A stretch of 59,659 bases of DNA from Planctomycetota bacterium (GCA_022072415.1 JAJVHW010000003.1:1-59659); one strand, 5' to 3'; numbered from the stretch's first letter, positions 1 through 10,470 are shown. Notes: generated from the letters alone by a model not told the origin. A program made the numbers and translations.

Positions 1-17
1 CGGCGGCCGACGAGGCC

Positions 18-398
18 GTGGCGGACTCGGAGCGCGGGGGGAACCCGGCCTCGCAGGTGGCCGCGAAGGCGGCGCGCGCCGCCTTGCCTGGCGGCGATCC
101 CGACGGAGCGCGCGCAGCCCTCGACGCGTGGGGCGCCCGCGGCGCCCTCTCCACGCGCGTGACATCGCGCCTCGACATCTGGCGCGGCTCGGGCGACGCG
201 AAGGATGCCGCCGAGGCGCGGAGCATCCTGGCGGGTGCGCTCGCCCGCATCCCCCCCGACCGCCTCGACGGCGTCCGGCGCACGCTCCTCTTCCGTCAGG
301 TCGAGGCGGCGTGCGCCGCGGCGGGGCTGCCTCCGCTCCGAGGCCTCGTCAGACGACGACGAGAGCGCCCTCGAGCAGGATCGGACGGGACAGGTTGA
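18..398 (+). CDS. C-terminal end of an Ala/Arg-rich helical (TPR-like?) protein, probably continuing upstream of the window
   Basis: ORF-track frame 18..398 (GTG at 18). The frame stays open back to the window start. No diagnostic motif. The 3' end overlaps the convergent OsmC-like gene by 50 nt. Confidence 0.3.
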   Translation: MADSERGGNPASQVAAKAARAALPGGDPDGARAALDAWGARGALSTRVTSRLDIWRGSGDAKDAAEARSILAGALARIPPDRLDGVRRTLLFRQVEAACAAAGLPPLRGLVRRRRERPRAGSDGTG

Positions 399-909
399 AG
401 TAGTTCGGCGACGTGCGCTTCACCACCTCGTGGATCTCCTCGAACACCGACTGCGGCGCGTCGCCGCGCACCCGCACGCGGTAGCGGATCGACTCGTAGC
501 CCGGAGCCACCTGCGGGTCGATCCCGAGGAATCCGCGGAGATCGAGGGAGCCCTCGGTCTCGATGGAGAGCTCGTGGATGCGGATGCCACGGAGCGCCGC
601 GACCGCCGCCCAGCCGACCGTCATGCACGCGTTGAGCGCGCCCATGAGGAGTTCCTGCGGGTTCGGCGCCCCGTTGGTGCCGAACAGTTCCGCCGGCTCG
701 TCGGACGCGAACCGGAACGACCGCGCGACCTGCGCGCCGCCGATCGCGCAGCCGTCCACCACCGTCTCCGTACGCGTGCCGCCGCGCCACTCCGTGCGGA
801 CGCGGAAGTCCACCGCGCCCTTCGCGGGGTCCGCCGCGATCTCCGCCGCGGCGGCGCGGAGGCCCTCCGCGTCGATGCCGTTGATGCGTCCGTCGACCGT
901 GCCTTGCAT
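349..909 (-). CDS. OsmC/Ohr-family peroxiredoxin-like protein
   Basis: ORF 349..1068 trimmed to the internal ATG ('cat' at 907-909). 186 aa. 'FGTNGAPNPQELLMGALNACMTVGW' with a conserved Cys is typical of the OsmC fold. Confidence 0.85.
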   Translation of the reverse strand: MQGTVDGRINGIDAEGLRAAAAEIAADPAKGAVDFRVRTEWRGGTRTETVVDGCAIGGAQVARSFRFASDEPAELFGTNGAPNPQELLMGALNACMTVGWAAVAALRGIRIHELSIETEGSLDLRGFLGIDPQVAPGYESIRYRVRVRGDAPQSVFEEIHEVVKRTSPNYFNLSRPILLEGALVVV

Positions 910-1066
910 GTGCCTGTCTCCTTCTGCGGGACGCGCCCGCAAGAGGAGGAACACGGAGCGCCGCGCCGCCCCGCAACGGGAGATCCGCTGCGGGGTCCGC
1001 CGCGGTCCCGTGTTCCTCCATGCGGACACGCGCCGCCGCCCCGGCGGACGCACCACGGAGGCCACC

Positions 1067-2005
1067 ATGAAGACCTATGCATACGACGCCGTGCTCGCCG
1101 CCTCGGAGAAGGTGGACTGGCGCGTCGAGGACCTGATCGGAGGCGCGCGGCGCCTCGACTTCACCCGCCCGTTCCTTCCGGAGTCCCTCGCGCGGACCGC
1201 GGACGCGCCGGGACTCGCCCCGGCGGAGCGGCTCCGCATGAACCAGATCCGCGCCCACGACTACCTCGCGACCTTCGGACTCGTGGAGGAGTTCATCCTG
1301 CCGTTCGTGATCGACCACGTGCGCCCGCATCTCTCAGGCGACGACCACCGCGTCCGCGCGTTCCTCGCGTTCGCGGCCGAGGAGGCGAAGCACATCCACC
1401 TCTTCAAGCGCTTCCGCGAGGAGTTCCGCGCGGGGTTCGGGTCGGAGTGCGCGGTGATCGGGCCCGCCGGGGACGTGGCGAAGGCCGTGCTGTCGCACGA
1501 CTCGCTCGCGGTCGCCCTCGTGATCCTGCACATCGAGTGGATGACGCAGCGTCACTACACCGAGAGCGTGCGCGACGAAGCGGGGATCGATCCCCTGTTC
1601 GAGAGCCTCCTCCGGCACCACTGGATGGAGGAGGCGCAGCACGCGCGCCTCGACACGCTCATGGTGCGGTCGCTCGCGGACGGACGCACCGAGGCGCGCA
1701 TCCTCTCCGACGTGCGGGAGTACCTCTCGATCGTGGAGACGTTCGACGGCGCGTTCCGCATGCAGGCCGAGATGAACCTCCACGCCCTCGAGCGCTCGAC
1801 CGGCATCCGCGTGCGCGAGTCCGACCGCGCGGCGCTCCTCGCGCAGCAGCACCAGGCGCTCCGCTGGACCTTCCTCGGTTCCGGCATGACCCACGACGAG
1901 TTCCGCGCGACGCTCGGCGCGCTCTCGCCCGCGGCCCTGGCGCGCGTGGACGCGGCGGCGAAGTCGTACCTGCCGCCGGCCCGCCCCGCCTCCGCGGCCG
2001 CCTGA
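1067..2005 (+). CDS. AurF-like (ferritin-like) diiron oxygenase
   Basis: ATG at 1067 in the frame of ORF 563..2005. Repeated ExxH motifs ('EEAKHIHLF', 'MEEAQHARL') and 'HIEWMTQRHY' fit diiron-carboxylate oxygenases. Confidence 0.75.
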   Translation: MKTYAYDAVLAASEKVDWRVEDLIGGARRLDFTRPFLPESLARTADAPGLAPAERLRMNQIRAHDYLATFGLVEEFILPFVIDHVRPHLSGDDHRVRAFLAFAAEEAKHIHLFKRFREEFRAGFGSECAVIGPAGDVAKAVLSHDSLAVALVILHIEWMTQRHYTESVRDEAGIDPLFESLLRHHWMEEAQHARLDTLMVRSLADGRTEARILSDVREYLSIVETFDGAFRMQAEMNLHALERSTGIRVRESDRAALLAQQHQALRWTFLGSGMTHDEFRATLGALSPAALARVDAAAKSYLPPARPASAAA

Positions 2006-2009
2006 CGGT

Positions 2010-3500
2010 CTACCTGCCCGCCGACGTCCGGAACACGGCCGGCGTCTCCGCGGGCAGCACGTCGTTCCCGTACACGAGCGTCGTGCGCGCACCGGGCGGG
2101 CCTGCGTTGGCAGGCTCGCCGGGGTCGTCGGGGTTGACGACGCGGAGCCACGCTCCGCGGCCGGTCAGCGACGACCACGCGCGCACGCTGTACGGCGCGA
2201 GCACGAGCACCATGCGGCGTCCGGACCGGACCGCCGCCGGCGACGGACCGACGGCGAGGCGCTCCGGCACGGGGTCCGACGAGAGCGCCTTTTCCAGTTC
2301 ATCCAGGTAACCGCGTCCCGCGGCCGCGGCGCTCCGCACCATCGCGCGGTCGCTTCCGTCGGCGAGCGCAGCGATCCACGTCAGCACGAACATCGCCGAC
2401 GCGGCGGCGGCGACGCCGCCGACCCACCGCGCGGCCCCGCTCTCGCGCAGGCCCCGGATCGCGGCGGTCCCGGCCCAGCCGAGCCCGCCGCAGAGGAACG
2501 CCGCGGGCACGTACGCGTACCGCGCCGCCCCTTCGAGTCCGAAGAGAGTGTGGAACGCGAGGAACGTAGCCAACCCCGCCGCGACGGCGGCACCGCCCCC
2601 CGCGAGGCGTCCGGGCCCACGCAACGGTCCGCTGCGCTGCGCCATCCAGACGCACGCGATGCACACGACCGCCGCGGCCAGCGGCAGGACGCGCGCGAGC
2701 GCCTCCGCGCGCGGCGCGGACGAGCCTCCGTCGAGCACGGCGGCCGCGATCTGCCGTCCCGAGTCGGACATGGCGATCTTCCGGTCCACGGTCAGGTATC
2801 CGCCCCACCCGCCGAGGACGTGGAGACGCATGAAGAGGTACGCGCCGATCCCTGCGCCGAGCCACGCCGCCATGCGGCCGGGCGCGATCCCGCGGGCCGA
2901 CGCGCGGAGCATCACCAGCGGCGCGAAGACGACGCCCGCCTCCTGCGACGCAGCGGCGAGCACGCAGAACACCGCAGCGCGCCGCGCGCCGCGCCGCTCC
3001 GCCGCGACGAGCGCGGCCAGCCCGAAGAGGAGGCAGAGGACCGACCCGCGACGCGCGAGATAGGGAAGCGTCTCCGCGTGGACGGGATGGAGCGCGAAGA
3101 GCGCCGCGCCGGCGACGGCCGCGACACGGCTCCCCGACACCGACGCGAGCCAGGCGCCGAGCAGCAGCGCGGCGCACGCGTGCCAGACGAGCGTCATCGC
3201 TCCCGACGCCGCGGCGTCGAGTCCGAACAGCGCGTGGTCGAGCGCGATCGAGAGCGACGTGACGGGACGGAAGAACGACGCGTACGGATGATGCGATCCC
3301 ATGAACGGCCGCGAGAGCGCGCCGAGGAACCCGTCGCCGCCCGCGCGTGCGCCGTCGATCGCGGGGTACGCGTCCCATCCCACGAAGCCCGGGAGCTGCG
3401 CGACATGCCACGACGTCGCCGCGACGACCGCGACGACGACGACCGCGCCGGCCGCGCGCGCGGCCCACGAGCTTCCGCGGCGCCCGGACGCGCCGCTCAT
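2010..3500 (-). CDS. polytopic membrane protein, GT-C/PMT_2-like (ArnT-like) glycosyltransferase
   Basis: ORF 2010..3617 trimmed to 'MSGASG'. Many hydrophobic helices and an 'ALFALHPVHAETLPYLARR' motif. ATGA overlap (3497-3500) with the upstream SGNH gene. Confidence 0.65.
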   Translation of the reverse strand: MSGASGRRGSSWAARAAGAVVVVAVVAATSWHVAQLPGFVGWDAYPAIDGARAGGDGFLGALSRPFMGSHHPYASFFRPVTSLSIALDHALFGLDAAASGAMTLVWHACAALLLGAWLASVSGSRVAAVAGAALFALHPVHAETLPYLARRGSVLCLLFGLAALVAAERRGARRAAVFCVLAAASQEAGVVFAPLVMLRASARGIAPGRMAAWLGAGIGAYLFMRLHVLGGWGGYLTVDRKIAMSDSGRQIAAAVLDGGSSAPRAEALARVLPLAAAVVCIACVWMAQRSGPLRGPGRLAGGGAAVAAGLATFLAFHTLFGLEGAARYAYVPAAFLCGGLGWAGTAAIRGLRESGAARWVGGVAAAASAMFVLTWIAALADGSDRAMVRSAAAAGRGYLDELEKALSSDPVPERLAVGPSPAAVRSGRRMVLVLAPYSVRAWSSLTGRGAWLRVVNPDDPGEPANAGPPGARTTLVYGNDVLPAETPAVFRTSAGR

Positions 3501-4639
3501 CGCGGGATCGCCTCGAGCACGGCCGCCGCGAGCAGGTCCTGCCCGAACGGCGACGGATGGCAGAAGTCGCGGAACAGCGCGTCGTCGCTGCGCGCGCTGG
3601 CGGCGAAGGCTCTCCACCCGTCCGCGAGCGGGACGCCGAGCTCCGACGCGACGCGGCGCGTGATGTCGGCGTACTCAAGCGCCGCCGGGTTGCGACGGAC
3701 CGTCTCGGCCGGAAGCGGGCACGCGAGGAGGACGGGCGCCGCGCCGGCGGCGCGGGCGGCGGCCACGATCGCGCGCAGATTCGACTCGAAGTCCGCGGGC
3801 GGCGTGCGCCGCTTCCCCGTGAAGTCCCGCGTGTCGAGTTCGCGCAGGATGCGCCGCTCGTCCGGCGCCGCGCGCGCGTCCGTCCGCCCGGCGACCGTCG
3901 CGGCGAGTTCCACGATGCGGAGCGTCCGCCAGAAGGCGGGCGGCCGCTGCTCGGCGTCGGTCCGCCCCACGGCGGGCACGAAGTCGTTGAAGTGGCCGAA
4001 CGCCGCGACGACGACGTCCGGCGCGTACGCCGGCGCGTCGATCTCCGCCACGCGGAGCCCCTGGAGCGACGCATATCCGGGCACGCCGAAGTTCACGCAC
4101 TCGGCGCGCGCCTCGCCGCGGCCGCGCATCAGCCGCTCGAGCCGCGCGGGCCACGCCTCGTGCATCTCGAGCGGGAGCCCGAACGTCACCGAGTCGCCGA
4201 TGCAGGCGACGCGGCGCACGCCGGCCGGCTTCGGAATCGCGACCTCCGGCGTCCGGTACCCGCGTGCGTTCACGGGCGCGCCGCCGTCGGTCCATCCCGG
4301 CTTCAGACGCCAGAAGAGATGCGGATCGCGGCGCATCGGACTCGCCTCGCCGTCGAGCCACTCCCCGCCGACGGGCCCGGAGAACCGGTAGAGCGGCGGA
4401 TCGACGGGCCGCGTCCAGCCCGCGGCGCGGAGTCCGAGTTCGAGGAGCGCCACGCCCGCGAGCGGCAGCGCCGCGGCCGCGATGCGGAATCCGCGCCGAC
4501 GGCCGCTGGACGGCACGGTCGCGCTCGACGCCGACTCACACGACGTCCCGCCGCCCGTCTCCGCCGCCAAGCGACTCCTTCCACGCGGCACGCGCCGCGG
4601 CGACGGCATCGTAGCCACGTCCGGCGGCGCGATCCACAC
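3497..4639 (-). CDS. SGNH/GDSL-family hydrolase
   Basis: 'VACIGDSVTFG' GDS block, 'NFGVPGY' block and C-terminal 'DFCHPS' (DxxH) block. The start could also be the second Met, at 4609. Confidence 0.8.
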   Translation of the reverse strand: MWIAPPDVATMPSPRRVPRGRSRLAAETGGGTSCESASSATVPSSGRRRGFRIAAAALPLAGVALLELGLRAAGWTRPVDPPLYRFSGPVGGEWLDGEASPMRRDPHLFWRLKPGWTDGGAPVNARGYRTPEVAIPKPAGVRRVACIGDSVTFGLPLEMHEAWPARLERLMRGRGEARAECVNFGVPGYASLQGLRVAEIDAPAYAPDVVVAAFGHFNDFVPAVGRTDAEQRPPAFWRTLRIVELAATVAGRTDARAAPDERRILRELDTRDFTGKRRTPPADFESNLRAIVAAARAAGAAPVLLACPLPAETVRRNPAALEYADITRRVASELGVPLADGWRAFAASARSDDALFRDFCHPSPFGQDLLAAAVLEAIPR

Positions 4640-4645
4640 CCCGCC

Positions 4646-5413
4646 TCATCCGCGCCGCGGCGCACTCTCGCCGAGCCACGGGAGCGGAGGGAGCGGCGGC
4701 GGGAGTTCGACGCCGAAGCGGGCGCGGGCCGCGTCCTCGACGATGCGGGCGGCCTCGTCGGGCGAATCGGTCATCGTGAACCGCTCGACGTCGTCGGCGT
4801 CGATCGTCCCCGCGGCGACGAACGTCTCGCGCAGCATGGCGAGGAGCCCGCGCCAGTAGTCGGAGCCCACGAGCACGAGCGGGAAGCCCGCGATCTTCCC
4901 CGTCTGCACGAGCGTCGCGCACTCGAAGACCTCGTCGAGCGTCCCGAACCCGCCGGGCAGCGCCACGAAGCCGTACGAGTACTTCACGAGCATCACCTTC
5001 CGCACGTAGAAGTGCCGGAAGGACACGCAGCGGTCGAGGTACGGGTTCGGCCGCTGCTCGTGCGGCAGTTCGATGTTGCAGCCGACGGAGCGCCCGCCGG
5101 CCTCGCGCGCGCCGCGGTTCGCCGCCTCCATGATCCCCGGCCCGCCGCCCGTCATCACGGTGAACCCCCGCCGCGCGAGCGCCGCGCCGGTCTCGCGGCC
5201 GAGCTCGTACCAGCGGCTCCCCTCGGGGAAGCGCGCGGAGCCGAAGACCGTCACGCACGGTCCGACGAAGTGCAGCCCGCGGAACCCGCGGACGAACTCC
5301 GCGCCGATCCGCACCACGCTCGCGAGCTCCCCGAGCCGGGAGAGGCGGCCCGAGAGGAACCGCCGTTCGTGACGGGGAGCATCCCCGCCCGCCGACGGCC
5401 CGGAGTCGTTCAT
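4646..5413 (-). CDS. LOG-family (TIGR00730-type) nucleotide phosphoribohydrolase
   Basis: 'TGGGPGIMEAANRGA' and 'PGGFGTLDEVFE' signature motifs in a 255-aa ORF. Confidence 0.9.
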   Translation of the reverse strand: MNDSGPSAGGDAPRHERRFLSGRLSRLGELASVVRIGAEFVRGFRGLHFVGPCVTVFGSARFPEGSRWYELGRETGAALARRGFTVMTGGGPGIMEAANRGAREAGGRSVGCNIELPHEQRPNPYLDRCVSFRHFYVRKVMLVKYSYGFVALPGGFGTLDEVFECATLVQTGKIAGFPLVLVGSDYWRGLLAMLRETFVAAGTIDADDVERFTMTDSPDEAARIVEDAARARFGVELPPPLPPLPWLGESAPRRG

Positions 5414-5499
5414 CGCTGCTCCTCCCGGCGCGTCGCGCCGCGCACGGAACCTACAAGGCAGGGTTGCGTCGCGCCGTGACCGGCGTCACCCGGGGTCCG

Positions 5500-5994
5500 T
5501 CAGCCGAGCCGCTTCACGAAATGGAAGCCGGTGATCTCCATCCGCTCCCGGAGGTAGAAGGCATGCGCGCGCGTCCGGTGCGATCCCGAGTCCAGCTCGA
5601 GCTTCCGGCATCCGAGCGCGCGTGCCGTCGCCTCGAGCGAGCGCAGGAGCGCGGCGCCGACTCCCGACGACCGGGCCGCCGCTCGGGTGACGAGGTCGTC
5701 CACGTACAGGTGGCGTCCGGACACGGTCTTCTCGAACGACCGCCACACGGCGACCGCGAGAACATCGGACCCGCGCACCGCGATCCGCATGCGCCCGCCG
5801 CCCGCGAAGATCCGCCGCATCACCGTCTCGTACGGCTCCGCGAACTCGCGGAGCTCCCTGTGCGCCGCCTCCGCGCGTGCGAGCCACGCCGCCTCCGTGA
5901 CCCGGCCGTCGTCGCCGGTCACGTCGATCAACTCGATCGGATTCACCCGGGCCTCCGCCTGCGCCCGCCGTGGTGGAGCGGGCGCATCCGGCAT
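5500..5994 (-). CDS. GNAT-family N-acetyltransferase
   Basis: C-terminal part of ORF 5500..7413 from the ATG at 5992-5994. 'LYVDDLVTRAAARSSGVGAALLRSLEATARALGCRKLELDS' is an acetyl-CoA-binding motif A. Confidence 0.8.
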   Translation of the reverse strand: MPDAPAPPRRAQAEARVNPIELIDVTGDDGRVTEAAWLARAEAAHRELREFAEPYETVMRRIFAGGGRMRIAVRGSDVLAVAVWRSFEKTVSGRHLYVDDLVTRAAARSSGVGAALLRSLEATARALGCRKLELDSGSHRTRAHAFYLRERMEITGFHFVKRLG

Positions 5995-6203
5995 GGTACG
6001 ACGAGTCCGGATGCGCGACCCGCACGAGTTCCTGCGGTCGCTCGCGATGGCGCCCGGCGTCGCCGCGGTCACGACCGTCGTCTGCCGGAGTTCCGGCCGG
6101 GCCGTCGTCCTGCTCATGTGTTCGATCGGCATCGAGTCCAGCTTCGCGAGGCTGTCGGCGCGACGGCAGCAGTGACTGCCCGGGTGCGCCATGACGCGGC
6201 GCG

Positions 6204-7991
6204 TCACTTCGGCGGGCCTTCGCGGCGCGCGGGGACCGGTCCCGCCACGACCCACACCCGCCCCGTGCGCGGACCGTGGATCTCGCTCCACGCCGCGCTC
6301 AGCAGGAAGTCGGTGCCGCCGTCGCCGTCCACGTCGCCGAGGCCGACCGCGTCGAAGCCGAGCGTGTCCTGGTCCATGCGCGAGGTCCACGTCGCGATCG
6401 TCCGGCCGTCGCGGAGCGAGACGAGGGAGCAGAGTCCGCCGGACGGCGCGCCGTCGGCGCACTGCCACGCGCCGATGATCGCGTCGGGCGAACCGTCGCC
6501 GTCGGCGTCGCCGCAGACCGACCGCGACGTTCCGAACGCATCGCCGGCGCGCGCGCCCGGGATGTCGGCGATTCGCTTCCCGTCCTTCCCCGAGATCACG
6601 ACGCACCGCCCCGTCGCGGGGCCGTTCGCCGCGTCGGCGAAGTCCGACGCGAGGACGTCGGGCACGCCGTCGCCGTCGCAGTCGCCCGCGAACGCCACGA
6701 AGTACTGGCCGAAGTCCGCGCCCGTCGGCGCTGCGTCGGCGGTGAAGACCGTCTCGGCGCCGCCCCTCGAGAGGCGCAGCACGCGCACCTGGCCGCGCCG
6801 CCCGGGCCCTGCGTCCATCGCGCCGACCGCGAGGAGCCGCACGGTGCCCGCCGGGCCCGCGTGAGACGCGGAGTCGACCGCCGACCCGAAGCGATCGCCC
6901 GCGCGATCGCCGCGGATCCGCGTGATGACGGCGCCGGTCGCGCCGGAATGGATGGTGACGCAGCCGGCATCGGCGCCTCCCGTCTCCGGCGCATCGGCCA
7001 GCCACGCGGACACCGCGACGTCGGCGCGCCCGTCTCCGTCCACGTCGCCGACCCCGCACGCCTTCAGCCCGAACTGGTCTCCGGGCGCCTCGCCTTCGAT
7101 CCGCCGCAGGACGGCTCCGGTCTTCCCCGAGAGGAGCACGACATACCCGGCGCGCGGCGCGGCCTGACCGGGCGCCTGCGGAACCGGCGCGCCGGCGATC
7201 AGATCGCCGGTCCCGTCGCCGTCCACGTCGCCCGCCGGCGCCACGATGTTCCCGAGGCCGTCGCCCCGCGCGCCCTCGACGGAGAAGAGGAGCTTTCCGG
7301 CTCTCGACGACCAGACGGAGACGCGTCCCGAGCGTCCCCTCGCGCCCGGCGCGGTCACGGCGAAGTCGAGCGCGCCGTCGCCGTCGAGATCGCCCACCTC
7401 GCGGGCCACCCATCCGAACTCGTCGCCCGCCGCATCGCCGTGGAGTTCGCGGATCACCCGCACGGGTTCGACGAATGCCGCCGCACCGCGGAGGAGCGGA
7501 CGCAGGACGGCCGCGAACCGCGGGTCCTTCCGGAGCTCAGTGAAGTCCCCGTCGTCGGCGAGGAGCGCGCGCCCGCGGAAGCCGGCCGCCACGGCGCCGC
7601 GGAGCGCCTCGAGCGCCGCGTCCGTCTCACCGAGCTTCGCGCGGGAGCAGGCCGCGTTGTAGAGGGCCCGCGCGCGCAGACCCGGGAACTCCGCGGCCTT
7701 CGCGTGCGCCTCGAGGGCGGAGCGGTACGCCCCGCGCGCATGCCGCGCGTAGCCGAGGTGGAACCACGAGGGCCCGTCCGCGGGGTTCCCCGCGACCAGG
7801 GCCGCGAACACCTTCTCGGCGCCCTCGAAGTCCGACGCGTCGATCAGCGCGCGTCCGCGCTCCGGTGTCGGCGCGGGGTCCTCGGCGGCGGCGCGGTCGC
7901 CCTCGTCGTCGAGGGCCCACGCGCCCGGACCCATGAACACGACGCACAGCGCGGCGCGTGCGGCAGCCATCCTGCATGCGGAACGGAACAT
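6204..7991 (-). CDS. secreted TPR + FG-GAP/VCBS-repeat protein
   Basis: Signal peptide 'MFRSACRMAAARAALCVVFMGPGAWA', an N-terminal TPR-like region, then at least 7 'GDVDGDG..D' FG-GAP calcium-binding repeats. Confidence 0.85.
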   Translation of the reverse strand: MFRSACRMAAARAALCVVFMGPGAWALDDEGDRAAAEDPAPTPERGRALIDASDFEGAEKVFAALVAGNPADGPSWFHLGYARHARGAYRSALEAHAKAAEFPGLRARALYNAACSRAKLGETDAALEALRGAVAAGFRGRALLADDGDFTELRKDPRFAAVLRPLLRGAAAFVEPVRVIRELHGDAAGDEFGWVAREVGDLDGDGALDFAVTAPGARGRSGRVSVWSSRAGKLLFSVEGARGDGLGNIVAPAGDVDGDGTGDLIAGAPVPQAPGQAAPRAGYVVLLSGKTGAVLRRIEGEAPGDQFGLKACGVGDVDGDGRADVAVSAWLADAPETGGADAGCVTIHSGATGAVITRIRGDRAGDRFGSAVDSASHAGPAGTVRLLAVGAMDAGPGRRGQVRVLRLSRGGAETVFTADAAPTGADFGQYFVAFAGDCDGDGVPDVLASDFADAANGPATGRCVVISGKDGKRIADIPGARAGDAFGTSRSVCGDADGDGSPDAIIGAWQCADGAPSGGLCSLVSLRDGRTIATWTSRMDQDTLGFDAVGLGDVDGDGGTDFLLSAAWSEIHGPRTGRVWVVAGPVPARREGPPK

Positions 7992-8110
7992 CGGCACCTC
8001 CCCGGCGCGCGCGACGCCGTACACCCAAAGGGATGCCGCGGTGCGGCCGCGCGCGACGGGATTCCCGCATTCCGTTGCGGGCCTCCCGGACGGACCGTGT
8101 TCCTCGATGC

Positions 8111-9877
8111 ATGCAGACCCCCGTGACGCCGTTCAAACCTCCACACGCTCCCCGACGCGGTCGTGCGGTGCTGCCTGCCGCGATGCGAGCCGCGATGCGA
8201 ACCGTGACGCGCAGCGTGACGCTGGCCGCGACGCTCGCCGCGGCGCTCTCCGCCTCGTGCAGGGGCTCCCCCGGCGCCGATCCTGCCGCTCCGTCGGCGC
8301 CCGGCGGTCCGGCGGTCCTCGACGTCGTCTACGACATCGGCGACGTCGGACGCCGCGTGACCACGCGCTCCGGCGCGGCGCAGATGTGGTTCGACCGCGG
8401 GATCGCGCTCGCGTTCGGCTTCAACCACGAGGAGGCGGAACGGTGCTTCCTCCTGGCGGCGGAGTCCGACCCGACGTGCGCGATGGCGCACTGGGGGCGA
8501 GCGTGGGTGCTCGGGCCGAACTACAACGACCCGGCGCCGGACGGTGCGCGGCATCGCGCCGCCGCCGACGCGGTGCGCGCGGCGAAGGCCGCGTGCGACG
8601 ACGAGACGGACGTGGAACGCGCCCTGATCGACGCTCTCGCGCTGCGGTCGCCGGAGTCGGCCTCCGGACGCGCCGAAGCGGATCGCGCGTTCGCCGACGC
8701 GATGCGCTCCGTCCGCGCGCGCTTCCCCGACGACGCGGACGTCTGCGCGCTCGCCGCGGAGGCCGTCATGCAGCTCCGCCCGTGGAAGCTCTGGGCGCAC
8801 GACGGGACGCCCGCACCGGAGACCGCGGAGATCCGCGCGCTCCTCGAGGCCGGACTCGCGCGCTGGCCGTCGCACCCGGCGCTCTGCCACCTCTACATCC
8901 ACGCGATGGAAGCCGGCCCTCACTTCCGCGCCGCGCTCCCGGCCGCGCGGCGTCTCGAGTCCGTCTCGCCCGGCCTCGGGCACCTCGTCCACATGCCGAG
9001 CCACATCTACGTGTGGGCGGGGATGTACGACGACGTGATCCGAACGAACCTCCGCGCGGTCGAGGCCGACGGGGCGTTCGTGCAACTCCGCGGCCGCGAG
9101 AACTTCTTCACCGCGTACCGCATCCACAACCTCCACTTCGTCGCCTACGGGGCCATGTGGCAGGGCCGCCGCGCGCTTGCCCTGGAGCACGCCCGCGCCA
9201 TCGCGGCGGAGATCCCCGCGTCGCTGGTCGAGGCCCACGGCGACGTCTTCGAGGTGTTCCTCGCCACGCCGCTGCACGTGATGGTGCGCTTCGGGATGTG
9301 GGACGAGATCCTCGACGAGCCGGAGCCGGCGGAGACTCACGTGGCGATGCGCGCCGTGTGGCGCTACGCCCGCGGCGTGGCGGCGGCGTCCCTCGGCCGC
9401 GTCGAGCACGCCGAGCGCGAGCAGCGCTTCTTCCGCGAGGCCGCGGCCGCCGTGCCCGCGTCGCGCACGCTCTTCCAGAATCCGGTGCGCGACATCCTGG
9501 GCGTCGCCGAGAAGGTGCTCGACGGCGAGATCGCCTACCGGCGCGGCGACCACGACGTCGCGTTCGCGCGGCTCCGCGAGGCGGTCGCCGTCGACGCGCG
9601 GCTCGCATACGACGAGCCGTGGGGATGGATGGAGCCCGCCCGCCACGCGCTGGGCGCGCTGCTCACCGAGCAGCGCCGCTACGACGAGGCCCGCGCCGTC
9701 TACGAGGAGGACCTCCGCCGTCATCCGGAGAACGGCTGGGCGCTGCACGGACTCGCCGAGTGCCTCGACGGTCTCGGCATGCCCGCCGAGGCCGCCGACG
9801 TGCGCCGCCGCTTCGACTCCGCGTGGACCCGGGCCGACGTCGCGATCCCCGGCTCGTGCTTCTGCAAGGGGCGTTGA
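8111..9877 (+). CDS. TPR-containing lipoprotein (unknown function)
   Basis: ORF 7958..9877 trimmed to the ATG at 8111. Lipobox-like 'LSASC'. Helical-repeat body ('AHWGRAWVLGPNYN', C-terminal TPR 'YDEARAVYEEDLRRHPENGWALHGLAECL'). Confidence 0.75.
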   Translation: MQTPVTPFKPPHAPRRGRAVLPAAMRAAMRTVTRSVTLAATLAAALSASCRGSPGADPAAPSAPGGPAVLDVVYDIGDVGRRVTTRSGAAQMWFDRGIALAFGFNHEEAERCFLLAAESDPTCAMAHWGRAWVLGPNYNDPAPDGARHRAAADAVRAAKAACDDETDVERALIDALALRSPESASGRAEADRAFADAMRSVRARFPDDADVCALAAEAVMQLRPWKLWAHDGTPAPETAEIRALLEAGLARWPSHPALCHLYIHAMEAGPHFRAALPAARRLESVSPGLGHLVHMPSHIYVWAGMYDDVIRTNLRAVEADGAFVQLRGRENFFTAYRIHNLHFVAYGAMWQGRRALALEHARAIAAEIPASLVEAHGDVFEVFLATPLHVMVRFGMWDEILDEPEPAETHVAMRAVWRYARGVAAASLGRVEHAEREQRFFREAAAAVPASRTLFQNPVRDILGVAEKVLDGEIAYRRGDHDVAFARLREAVAVDARLAYDEPWGWMEPARHALGALLTEQRRYDEARAVYEEDLRRHPENGWALHGLAECLDGLGMPAEAADVRRRFDSAWTRADVAIPGSCFCKGR

Positions 9878-10233
9878 CGCGGGTCCGTTTCGATCACGTC
9901 GGCGGTCACGTCGCGGGACGGCGCCGCGGGTGGGCCCGCGCTCCAGCCGGGACTCAAACCCCTTGAGCGTGTCGCTCCATCCGGTCGCGGGTTCGGTTAC
10001 GTGCGGGATCGCGTCCCGCGTCGCGAGACGGGCCGACGCTCTCCGGCTCGGCTCCGGGGCTCGGAGCGGGGAGTGGGTCGCTTCCCCCGTCGGCGAACAC
10101 TCCGTGCGGAGGTATGGCGCTGCGACGGCGCCGCCGTGTACGCTCTCCTCTGACACGACAAGGGTGCGCGGCGTCCGCCGCGCAGGCATCGCGACGGTCG
10201 GGCCGCCGTCCACATCCCGCAAGGAGGTGGACC

Positions 10234-10470
10234 GTGCGTCCCCGCTCTTCGTCCGACTCGTGGATCCGGTTGATGTTCTTCGGCGGCACCGCGCTGATGA
10301 TCGCGGGCGTCCTGCTCGTGAAGTCGAACGCCCTGCTCGGCGGCCTGCTCATCGCGGTCGGCTTCGTCGGCTCCGTCGCGTGGAACATGCTCCCCGCGGT
10401 CAGGCAGGGCGAGCTGGACGCCCGCGCGGACGCCGCCCCGCCGAAGGCTCCGGAGCCGCCGCGCGGCTAG
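10234..10470 (+). CDS. small two-helix membrane protein
   Basis: GTG at 10234 preceded by AAGGAGG (10221-10227). 'LMFFGGTALMIAGVLLV' and 'LLGGLLIAVGFVGSVAW' are hydrophobic helices. Confidence 0.5.
   Translation: MRPRSSSDSWIRLMFFGGTALMIAGVLLVKSNALLGGLLIAVGFVGSVAWNMLPAVRQGELDARADAAPPKAPEPPRG

Noticed and set aside
205-2310. 701-aa ORF (and similar long ORFs such as 296..1330, 1334..2092, 2299..4074, 2550..4391, 3347..5479)
   Set aside because: These have the Arg/Pro/Gly/Ala-dominated composition typical of off-frame or antisense translation of GC-rich genes. They overlap genes with clear family motifs (OsmC, diiron oxygenase, GT-C, SGNH, LOG).
6192-6206. 15-nt palindrome TGACGCG-G-CGCGTCA at the FG-GAP gene stop
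   Set aside because: The 1-nt loop makes a hairpin implausible, and short GC palindromes are expected by chance in this composition.
7844-10222. 792-aa minus-strand ORF
   Set aside because: It is antisense to the TPR lipoprotein gene, has Arg-rich low-complexity sequence and shows no motifs.
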